Of a stretch of 26,876 bases of DNA, positions 18,379-25,705 are shown in pieces. The notes beneath the pieces are model-generated. The model was not told the DNA's origin and ran no database searches. It worked only from the letters and a program-made list of their open reading frames with translations. The stretch lies in the IMG/VR virus record IMGVR_UViG_3300025684_000057, positions 1 to 26,876 of that record, one strand, 5' to 3'. The DNA is from a virus (Duplodnaviria > Caudoviricetes). Numbering within the stretch: the first letter of the stretch is position 1; the number at the start of each line of letters is the position of its first letter. Both the position numbers and the translations under genes were made by a program.

Positions 18379-18381
18379 TTA

Positions 18382-19125
18382 TTAGGCTGTTTGACAAGTT
18401 GATACTGTCAACAAAGTTTCTGAATCATTTGATTGGAAGACAACTTTAGAGTTAGAAACGTAAACGTTCTGCTCTTCTCTGTCTAACAGGTTCAAATACT
18501 TCTTGTAAACTGTAACTTCGCCAGCGCCTTTGCTTTCTGGATTAACTACAACACTAAATGACTTACCGTCAACATTAACGCCTTTACCATTAGCTTTAAT
18601 GCTAAATGTTTCTTCTGAATCAAGATTAAACAAATTCTTAACCTTGTTAATCATATGTGTGTCGATCTCGAAGTTAAATGCACTGTTGTCTCTTGAAAAG
18701 ATAGCTTCTTGTTGTTCAGCTGTAAGATCTTTAAAGCCTAATGATGGTTCTGAACATGAAAGTTTAACTTCTAGTTCATCATTGTAGATTCTAAATGTAG
18801 ATGCTACATACTCTTCATCATTCTCAATGAATTCAATTTCACCTTGAATTGCATCATGCGCAAAGTGCTTAATTGCTTCGATTACTTTGGCACCATCAAA
18901 AAACGCAATCTTTAGAGCTTTGTCACTAGGTACAATCTCGTTAGTTTGGAAAATCTGGTCCATGTTTACAACGTGGCTTTTTACTGCATCTCTCTGCGGT
19001 AAATAAACAGAAGACTCGATTCTACCGTTAGCAATTTTCATGTAGATGAAAGAGTCAATCAGTTTAACACGGTTGATAAAGTTGGTCAACGCGTGTTGGT
19101 CAATACGATCAATTTTTAACTTCAT
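18382..19125 (-). CDS. Probable DNA polymerase sliding clamp (gp45/PCNA-like)
   Basis: 247 aa with two repeated beta-alpha-beta-rich halves, directly upstream of the polymerase subunit; based on size, pattern and context only. Confidence 0.6.
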   Translation of the reverse strand: MKLKIDRIDQHALTNFINRVKLIDSFIYMKIANGRIESSVYLPQRDAVKSHVVNMDQIFQTNEIVPSDKALKIAFFDGAKVIEAIKHFAHDAIQGEIEFIENDEEYVASTFRIYNDELEVKLSCSEPSLGFKDLTAEQQEAIFSRDNSAFNFEIDTHMINKVKNLFNLDSEETFSIKANGKGVNVDGKSFSVVVNPESKGAGEVTVYKKYLNLLDREEQNVYVSNSKVVFQSNDSETLLTVSTCQTA

Positions 19126-19150
19126 TTTTGTTTTTTATTTTAATGATATG

Positions 19151-19181
19151 GTTGTTATATGTGTGAAACTAGATTAGTTTC
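19151..19181 (-). promoter_or_regulatory. Putative early/middle promoter GAAAC-N17-TATAACAAC, overlapped by a 9-bp inverted repeat
   Basis: Follows a terminator and precedes the clamp-polymerase-uvsX operon. Inverted repeat GTGAAACTA-N3-TAGTTTCAC at 19163-19183. Confidence 0.62.
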
Positions 19182-19197
19182 ACTAAGAATTAGGCAT

Positions 19198-19224
19198 AAA
19201 AAAAGCCAGACGTTAGTCTGGCTT
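19198..19224 (-). terminator. Intrinsic terminator
   Basis: AAGCCAGAC-TAAC-GTCTGGCTT followed by a T-run (T7 in total). Confidence 0.88.
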
Positions 19225-19254
19225 AAATTTATAGTTAAAATCTAAATTAGAAGT

Positions 19255-19262
19255 TATATATC
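19255..19262 (-). promoter_or_regulatory. GATATATA motif with no downstream ORF before the terminator
   Basis: Exact octamer right after the stop of the 19264 ORF, 30 nt before the terminator stem. Confidence 0.5.
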
Positions 19263-19263
19263 T

Positions 19264-19710
19264 TTATGCTTGTTTCCAACCGTTTTTACCTACCTCTAAG
19301 TTTGACATTGCTTTTATAACATCATCAATTGTAGCAACATTACCTTTTGTTACATACCAATTGCGTTTGTTACGACCTCCGCTGCCGTCTGTTGGCTGTG
19401 CGACTATCTGCATTTCTTTTGGATCCATTTCTTCGTAATCATTAGAGTTAAGAATTCTCCAAGTAAAACTATAATCTAAATCTTTTATTCCAAATATTTC
19501 AGTTCCGGTATTCCCTTTAGTCTTTGTATTCATGGTAAAAAAACCATGGCTATAGTCTACTTCCCATGTCGTAATATCTGTTGCCTTCATTAATTTTTTT
19601 GTTAGTTCTGTACGTTCTTTTAGCCTTAACTTAGCATCTTGATTAGAAGTACTGTCATCAGCGAATTGAGATTCATTGATAAACTGTTCGAATAATTTAA
19701 TGTGTTTCAT
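19264..19710 (-). CDS. Hypothetical late protein, probable capsid-internal protein
   Basis: MKHIKLFEQFINE N-terminus from ATG 19710 (alternative start 19725); has its own GATATATA motif and terminator. Confidence 0.7.
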   Translation of the reverse strand: MKHIKLFEQFINESQFADDSTSNQDAKLRLKERTELTKKLMKATDITTWEVDYSHGFFTMNTKTKGNTGTEIFGIKDLDYSFTWRILNSNDYEEMDPKEMQIVAQPTDGSGGRNKRNWYVTKGNVATIDDVIKAMSNLEVGKNGWKQA

Positions 19711-19738
19711 AACGTTTATTTTCATTTTTTTTATAATC

Positions 19739-19746
19739 TATATATC
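19739..19746 (-). promoter_or_regulatory. Putative late promoter GATATATA
   Basis: Exact octamer between the nrdA terminator and the next ORF. Confidence 0.72.
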
Positions 19747-19756
19747 TTTTAAATAT

Positions 19757-19795
19757 AAAAAAAGGGCAGAGATAGTAGCGAACTTTTCTCTGCCC
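19757..19795 (-). terminator. Intrinsic terminator after nrdA
   Basis: GGGCAGAGA-N14-TCTCTGCCC followed by T7. Confidence 0.85.
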
Positions 19796-19832
19796 AACCC
19801 GTTAACTATAACGGTCCTAAAATGTGGTCCTA
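19775..19832. other. 23S rRNA helix 69-71-like element (permuted I-CeuI site halves)
   Basis: Plus strand TAACTATAACGGTCCTAA (19803-19820) and GTAGCGAA (19775-19782) are both parts of the conserved 23S sequence TAACTATAACGGTCCTAAGGTAGCGAA. Confidence 0.7.
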
Positions 19833-19851
19833 TTTCATACCACCGGATTTC

Positions 19852-21705
19852 TTAGCCATCACAGCTGATACAATCAGGATCCATCGCTCTTGTCGCAATA
19901 TCACCTCTAAGTACTGACTCAGTTCTCATGTAGTAAAGAGTCTTAATACCTTGATTGAAAGCTTCAATATGTACTTGATTAATAAACTTAGGTGTTGCCT
20001 CAATTGGAAACGCTAAATTCAAAGAAACTGCCTGGTCAACATATTGTTGTCTCACGCCAGCTTGTTTTACCAACTCAAGTTGATTGATTTCTTTAAATGT
20101 CTTATAGACATCTTTCATTGGAATAAATTGATCTTCAGCTGCTTCTGGCGCTTCTTTTAATTTGTCTTTGTGTATTGGTGTACCCCAACCTTGACCTAGC
20201 TCTTCTGCAACATGTACGTAATATTCATCCATCCAATCTAGACCTTGTACTGATCCACCGTCTTCTAAGATTCTATTCCAAACATCTTTTGTGTTCTTAC
20301 CAATTAGTTCTAGTGCTTGTTCTAGTGTTGGGTTCTTACGAATAAAAGTGCCCTTTGCTGTTTGTTCTGTAAACACGTTAGCCGCCCAAGGTTCAATACC
20401 TGGTGAATAGTTACCAGCAAGTTTTGAGTTGCTTACGGTCGGTGCAACAGCTCTCAGGTGCGTATTACGCATGCCAGTGCCAACGCACCATAGTGGTTCA
20501 CCGTATTCTTTTGCTAGATCGCGGCTTGCCTTCTCGCTTTCCGTCTTCAGTTGGCTAAAAATCTTGCGTGTTTCAAACTGGGCCGTTAAGCCTTCGAATG
20601 GTATGTTATGTTCTTGTAGATACGTATGCCAGCCTAAAACTCCAAGACCTAATGCTCGTCCTTTTTCTGCTGATCTTACACTATTCTCAAAGCCGCGCAT
20701 ATATTTTGCCTTCTGGATAAACTCTTCTAAGACTCCATCCAAGAACCAAGTTGCAGTGTAGATAAGATCTGTATCTTTCCACTCATCATATTTAGCTAAG
20801 TTTAATGAGCTTAAACAACATACGAACGAGTGGTTCTCATCTGTATGTAGTGCAATCTCAGAACAGATGTTGGTCATATAGACTTTTAACCCGTTATTCT
20901 TGTAAGCGTCTGGATTGGCATTGTTCACATTGCCTTTAAACATAATATAAGGCTCGCCAGTTGCTCTACGTTTTCTAAGTACTGCAGCCCATCTTTTACG
21001 TGCCTCTTTGTCGCCAGCTTCTACTTTTTGCATAAAGCCATCTGGTACAATCACACACTGGTGGATGTTTAAAGACTGACGGTTAACGTCACCTTTTGGC
21101 TCACGTATTTCTAGCCATTCCCAGAAGTCACCATGTTCAATGTCGATATTGACTGAAGCAGCACCGCGTCTTACGCTTCCTTGGTTAGTTGCTAAAATGG
21201 TTGAGTCGTAGATCTTAATAAAAGGTACAACGCCATCTGAAGTTCCGTTACCACGAATTGTAGCTCCAGCAGGTCTGATCTGGTTAACACCGATCCCAAC
21301 ACCACCGCCGTGTTTTGCCAAGAGCATCATCTCTAGATTCTTACCACCAATATCTGCGATAGAGTCTGCTACGTCAATCCCAAAACAAGAGATTGGTAAG
21401 CCTCTTTCAGTTCCAGTATTTGAAAGTACTGGTGACGCTAAGTTTAACCAGCCTTTCCAGATATAGTCAAAGAACTTGCTTGCCATCTCTGGCTTTTGTA
21501 ATCTCTTGGCAGTTGTGGTTGCTACTCTCCAGTAAGCATCTTTTGGCGTTTCACCTTCTAGCAAGTAGCCTCTACTGATTGTTTTTACGTAAATCTCAGT
21601 ATTAGCCCATGTCGGAAAATCTACTCCAATCTCCCAACCTAATTCTGCTGCGTAATTAACCACTTCTGCGTGGTTTGTATCATCTTTTTTAAACATTTTA
21701 AACAT
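19852..21705 (-). CDS. nrdA: Class I ribonucleotide reductase large subunit (compact, no ATP cone)
   Basis: SPVLSN, PISCF, GGGVG, QG--RRGA, NICSEI, APT-SNS, KTLYY, C-terminal CISC. Confidence 0.97.
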   Translation of the reverse strand: MFKMFKKDDTNHAEVVNYAAELGWEIGVDFPTWANTEIYVKTISRGYLLEGETPKDAYWRVATTTAKRLQKPEMASKFFDYIWKGWLNLASPVLSNTGTERGLPISCFGIDVADSIADIGGKNLEMMLLAKHGGGVGIGVNQIRPAGATIRGNGTSDGVVPFIKIYDSTILATNQGSVRRGAASVNIDIEHGDFWEWLEIREPKGDVNRQSLNIHQCVIVPDGFMQKVEAGDKEARKRWAAVLRKRRATGEPYIMFKGNVNNANPDAYKNNGLKVYMTNICSEIALHTDENHSFVCCLSSLNLAKYDEWKDTDLIYTATWFLDGVLEEFIQKAKYMRGFENSVRSAEKGRALGLGVLGWHTYLQEHNIPFEGLTAQFETRKIFSQLKTESEKASRDLAKEYGEPLWCVGTGMRNTHLRAVAPTVSNSKLAGNYSPGIEPWAANVFTEQTAKGTFIRKNPTLEQALELIGKNTKDVWNRILEDGGSVQGLDWMDEYYVHVAEELGQGWGTPIHKDKLKEAPEAAEDQFIPMKDVYKTFKEINQLELVKQAGVRQQYVDQAVSLNLAFPIEATPKFINQVHIEAFNQGIKTLYYMRTESVLRGDIATRAMDPDCISCDG

Positions 21706-21716
21706 TTTGTAATTAA

Positions 21717-22724
21717 TTAGTCGAATAAATCATCTTCATCCCAGTTTTCGTCTTCTCCGGCCTTTGAATAGTCGGTTGGTCGAACTGCAAAGAAGTCTGT
21801 GTGTGTATGGCCTCCGGTTAGATGATAGAACCAGTCTAGCTCACCTGCACTATCTTCATCATATGTCATGAAAGGCCCTTCCGTATAACCAAGTTCTGCT
21901 ATTTTCTCGTTAGCTCTTTTAGTAATAAAGTTCTTGAGGTCTTCTTTCTTAAGGTTTTCAAGATCTCCCATTTCAAACATCTTGTCGATGAAATTATGCT
22001 CCATATCAACCATTAGCTTAGCAGCTCTAATAACATCATCTTTAACGTGTTCTTTTAGATCTGGGTATTCTTCGGTCATGTGTCTGAACAGCTGGCAGCC
22101 CATCTTTGAGTGCAGAGACTCATCTCGTACTGACCACTTCATCTGTTGGCCAATACCCTTTAATAAATTTCTCATCTGAAATGAGTAAAGTACTGCAAAA
22201 GAAGAGTATAGTGATACGCCTTCTGCAAATGCGCTGAAGATTGCTAAAGATCTGGCAACTTGTCTTCTTGCTTTTGTGTTTTCAGCAAGATCTTCATGTG
22301 TCCAGTCAGCTTCAACCGAGGTTAAATGCTCAAACTTTTCAGCAGTTGCTGGTTCGTGTAAGAATGCAGTGAAGTCCTCTAGTCCTAGAGTTTCATTTAG
22401 ATATGAGTATGCAGTGGCATGGATAGTCTCTTGTGAGCCAAACATCATTGCCATTTGCTTGATTTCGTACTTTGGAAACCATTTTGTTACCATACCAGTC
22501 CAATAGTCTGATACTGCACATTCTGTTTGCGCAAAACCTAGCAAAATATTGCCTACCAGGTTCTTTTCATGAGCTTCCATTCTTTCGTTCCAGTCTTTCA
22601 CGTCTCCTTGCATTGAGATCTCTGTGTGTAACCAGAACGCTTGAGCTTGTTTCAGCCAACCCTCTGTATAATATACTGGGTACTCAAAAGGCTTAAATTC
22701 TATTCTTTCTTCAAATAGTGACAT
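21717..22724 (-). CDS. nrdB: Class I ribonucleotide reductase small subunit
   Basis: FW---EI, ETIHATAYS (radical Tyr position), EGVSLYSSF, RDESLH, DFFA-RPTDY. Confidence 0.97.
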   Translation of the reverse strand: MSLFEERIEFKPFEYPVYYTEGWLKQAQAFWLHTEISMQGDVKDWNERMEAHEKNLVGNILLGFAQTECAVSDYWTGMVTKWFPKYEIKQMAMMFGSQETIHATAYSYLNETLGLEDFTAFLHEPATAEKFEHLTSVEADWTHEDLAENTKARRQVARSLAIFSAFAEGVSLYSSFAVLYSFQMRNLLKGIGQQMKWSVRDESLHSKMGCQLFRHMTEEYPDLKEHVKDDVIRAAKLMVDMEHNFIDKMFEMGDLENLKKEDLKNFITKRANEKIAELGYTEGPFMTYDEDSAGELDWFYHLTGGHTHTDFFAVRPTDYSKAGEDENWDEDDLFD

Positions 22725-22815
22725 GTTTTTGCTAGTGTTTTTTAAGATTTCTTTTTAGTCTAAAAAAGGCCTTCTTTTTAGGGTAGACCTTATCCTGACA
22801 TGTTTGTGTTTCTTG

Positions 22816-22874
22816 AAAAAAAGTACTAGCAGCGCTGCTTGTTGTTTATATATCAAGCAGGCTGCTAGTACTTT
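22816..22874 (-). terminator. Long terminator-like hairpin (21 bp, one bulge) after polymerase N-subunit gene
   Basis: Arms 22820-22841 and 22854-22874 are reverse complements apart from one extra base; 12-nt loop; ends in T7 on the minus strand. Confidence 0.75.
22847..22854 (-). promoter_or_regulatory. Putative late promoter GATATATA inside the hairpin loop
   Basis: Exact octamer occupying the loop of the 22820-22874 hairpin, upstream of nrdB. Confidence 0.68.
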
Positions 22875-22880
22875 CTAAAT

Positions 22881-24284
22881 TTAGAGCCTAAATTTTTTTT
22901 CAAGTTCATGTGCTTTTTCATAATAAGCATATGAAGCTTTCTTGTATTCCTTTCTTTGCGCATATAGATCGCTGAGGATCTTTTTTAGGATCGAATCTTC
23001 CTTCTTGTAGACAACACCGTTCTCACAAACGATTACGTTATTATCTTTTCTACGCTCAGCAATTTCAGCTTCCGGCACGATTTCGATAAAAGCATCCGGT
23101 GATATATTAAATTGCCTCATCACCGATGGGTATAGGGATGCAAAGTCAAATGCACTTACTCCTGAATAATAACCAACAATGGGTTGTTTTACAAAAGCAC
23201 CTTCATATTGACCGTCTTTCTTACTGTCCTCTTTGTCATACTCGACGCCGATCTTAACGTTATCTTCTGCAAGCTTTCTTGCAATTAAAGACTCAGTTAC
23301 CGCAACCGGGCTGGCTGCTTTATAGAGTGGCATTTTTGTAATGGTTGACAAGGTCAGTAGAACTTCCATTGACTTTAACTGTTGGTCAATATAGTAAACC
23401 AATACCGAGTCAACTACGTTATAGTACACATATTTCTGGAAGTTATTCTCGTAAAGATCTTGTAGTGAACCAGTGTATTTAATCTTGGCCACGTTTAAAA
23501 CTTGACTTGATACGAAGTCAAGTTTGTTAGACTCTTTTACTGCAACCGAACGATCATACTTATCATAGAGTTGCATGTAGTCAAGAATACCCATGTGTAA
23601 TGGTCTTGAGTCTTTCTTGTCTAATTGCCCTGTGATTGCAACTTCAGTTAGATCAATCTGTAGTCTCTTACAACGATTAACAATGTATTGCCAGTCATAG
23701 TTAATAAAGTTCCAACCGGTCATCATTGGAAATTTAGGCAAGAACTTATGCAAGAAGTTGTAGAGCATGTCATACTCGTTCTTGAATTTATAGTAGCTAA
23801 AAGTCCAGTCTTGGTCGTAGTTCTTGAAGTGAGCGTTCGTGTCATCTTCAATCTTCTTGATCTGTTCCGCACTTAAGTCATCTAGGCCAAGTACAATTGC
23901 TTTACGTTCTGGTGTAATGATTGAAAAGGTTAAGATACGACTCTTAGCCTCTTCTGGTCTTGGAAACCCATCTATAATCTCAGTCTCAATATCGACATAG
24001 TATGTTCTTGGCATGTTAAATGCAAAGATTTCTTCTCTGTCTTGTTCAGAGAGTGAGTCCATAAAATAAAGTAGACTAAATTTGTTGTAAGTTTTTGAGC
24101 GTTTACGTTTGATTGCCCTGCCGTCCCAATTTTTAAAGTTCTGGTCTTTGTACCGGTCATTATCTTCTGTTACTGTCCAATTCTCAAAGTTATCTACGCG
24201 ATAACGTTTAAATGAAACTTCACCTTTCTTGTCATAGTAACTGACGATTACTTCGTTTTCTTTCTGCTCAATGTCTAATAACAT
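22881..24284 (-). CDS. gp43: Family-B DNA polymerase, N-terminal subunit (gp43A: 3'-5' exonuclease, motif A, first fingers helix)
   Basis: ExoI DIETE, ExoII GWNF--YD, ExoIII YN--DS, motif A DFASLYPS; ends after L--LY-QRK-YK without motifs B and C. Confidence 0.93.
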   Translation of the reverse strand: MLLDIEQKENEVIVSYYDKKGEVSFKRYRVDNFENWTVTEDNDRYKDQNFKNWDGRAIKRKRSKTYNKFSLLYFMDSLSEQDREEIFAFNMPRTYYVDIETEIIDGFPRPEEAKSRILTFSIITPERKAIVLGLDDLSAEQIKKIEDDTNAHFKNYDQDWTFSYYKFKNEYDMLYNFLHKFLPKFPMMTGWNFINYDWQYIVNRCKRLQIDLTEVAITGQLDKKDSRPLHMGILDYMQLYDKYDRSVAVKESNKLDFVSSQVLNVAKIKYTGSLQDLYENNFQKYVYYNVVDSVLVYYIDQQLKSMEVLLTLSTITKMPLYKAASPVAVTESLIARKLAEDNVKIGVEYDKEDSKKDGQYEGAFVKQPIVGYYSGVSAFDFASLYPSVMRQFNISPDAFIEIVPEAEIAERRKDNNVIVCENGVVYKKEDSILKKILSDLYAQRKEYKKASYAYYEKAHELEKKFRL

Positions 24285-24304
24285 TTATTCTATCTTATTT
24301 AAAA

Positions 24305-24769
24305 TTAGTAACCTCTTTCTTGTCTGTCGTGATTCTCTGCATTCTTTGCCATGTATAAATTGACAACATCTTTACTAGTCATACCGATTGCAATCGCAAA
24401 ATTCATGTAAAAGTGTAGTCCGTCAATCCATTCATAAAAGAGCTCTAATTTGTCTGCTTCGGATAGATCTTTAATCTGCATGTTTGCAGCTTTTGCATTG
24501 TCTTGTTTCCAATACTTCCAGCCTGCATTGCCAATACCGTCGTTGATACCCCCTAAGGCATCAAACATTTCATTAAGTTCGTCGCTTAAAGCGTGTTTGT
24601 TAACCATCCAAAAGTCAGCGATTTCTTTGATTGTCCAGCCTTCAAAATTAAAGCCAAGACGTTCTTGTAGTTCTTTTTGCTTATTAAAGATTAAGCCGAA
24701 AGTGTCATCTGCATTCGAGTGGAAATCTGTCACGTCAAGATCTGAACATTTATTATCTGTGTTTGCCAT
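24305..24769 (-). CDS. Dimeric all-alpha dUTPase/dCTPase (T4 gp56-like)
   Basis: Q-ELQ--L, DELNEM, WKYWK, EWIDGLHF, Y--KN-EN--RQ--GY. Confidence 0.88.
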   Translation of the reverse strand: MANTDNKCSDLDVTDFHSNADDTFGLIFNKQKELQERLGFNFEGWTIKEIADFWMVNKHALSDELNEMFDALGGINDGIGNAGWKYWKQDNAKAANMQIKDLSEADKLELFYEWIDGLHFYMNFAIAIGMTSKDVVNLYMAKNAENHDRQERGY

Positions 24770-24808
24770 ATTATTTGTTTGTAGTATTATAGATTAATCG
24801 TCTTTTGT

Positions 24809-25705
24809 TTACGTATCTTCGGTTAAAATTTCACCCCAGCCTCTGTAAGATTTAGTATTTGATTTAGTCATCGGGTCTTCTGGTTTTGGGTCTCCGCCAA
24901 CATTCCAGAACCATGCCCCAGGACTACCGTGTTTTGTCATAAACTCCCATGCCTTTGCATCATAATTCATAGCCGATGGAAACGGTGGATTATACTGTGG
25001 GTCTACATCCTGTGTAAATGCTTTTGGGTGTGACCAGATAGTTGCACTACCTCTTTCGCCTTTCTTAATATTTCTTGCTACTGCGACTGCGTTAAACTTA
25101 GCATCAGGCCAAGCTATTTGTAGAGAACGCTGAAGAACACCCGTAGAGATCGCTGACCATACTTCTTCTGGATAACCATGTTTCTCTGCAAGATCATGTG
25201 CAACCTTCACTGCAGCTGCTGTAACCAACTCATGGCGAAGTCCTAAAGGAATAAAGAACGCATTATTATCTTCTGCCCATTTCTTTGCATGTGCATTTAA
25301 GACTGGCATTGCTGCAATTCTCTTAAATTTCATTTCAGCTCCCATCTCAACACAAATTGCCTGGTGATCTGAAATCTCTTTTTGACTTGGACTAAATAAT
25401 ACAAGTTTCTTATTATACTTCTTTGCTAAATATGCAAGTGAGATACCCGCAAATCCATATCTGGGTTGAACATAGACCAGAGTATCTTGTTTACATGTTT
25501 GAACTAGTATATCTCCAAACCTACATTTAGACCCAAACCCCATTAGATCTTCTCTGACTACTTTAAATCCATCATGGTCTACTAACTGTGGAGCCTCAAA
25601 TGGATCTACCCAATCACCTGCTAAATCCAGCCACGCTTGTTTATTTGGCATCATCAAGTTTAAATCCTGATTGATTAATAAGTCTGTATGTTTATTATGC
25701 GCCAT
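24809..25705 (-). CDS. Fold-type II PLP-dependent enzyme, probable DNA-modification decarboxylase
   Basis: VVREDL--GSK-R (PLP lysine), AISTG phosphate loop, YDAKAW, FWNVG; overlaps the transferase-like gene. Confidence 0.82.
   Translation of the reverse strand: MAHNKHTDLLINQDLNLMMPNKQAWLDLAGDWVDPFEAPQLVDHDGFKVVREDLMGFGSKCRFGDILVQTCKQDTLVYVQPRYGFAGISLAYLAKKYNKKLVLFSPSQKEISDHQAICVEMGAEMKFKRIAAMPVLNAHAKKWAEDNNAFFIPLGLRHELVTAAAVKVAHDLAEKHGYPEEVWSAISTGVLQRSLQIAWPDAKFNAVAVARNIKKGERGSATIWSHPKAFTQDVDPQYNPPFPSAMNYDAKAWEFMTKHGSPGAWFWNVGGDPKPEDPMTKSNTKSYRGWGEILTEDT

Noticed and set aside
19775-19832. rRNA gene or intact I-CeuI site
   Set aside because: Only 18+8 nt match, in permuted order, and flanks do not continue as rRNA; kept as a finding rather than an rRNA feature.
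21687-21708. Tandem 9-nt duplication giving MFKMFK at the nrdA start
   Set aside because: Only creates ambiguity between two ATGs (21705 and 21696); no evidence of function.
19852-22724. Introns, inteins or homing endonucleases in nrdA/nrdB
   Set aside because: Both ORFs are continuous and compact; only a short variable loop is seen near the NrdA C-terminus.
2097-23876. All plus-strand ORFs in the track (e.g. 2097, 2179, 3597, 8930, 11339, 15988, 20429, 23688)
   Set aside because: They lie antisense to well-supported genes, have S/L/F-rich shadow composition and lack promoter or start context.
17170-24284. Split intein, intron or frameshift explanation for the divided polymerase
   Set aside because: Part A ends ...ELEKKFRL and part B starts MDIKELENK with no intein Cys/His-Asn termini, and four intact genes lie between them.
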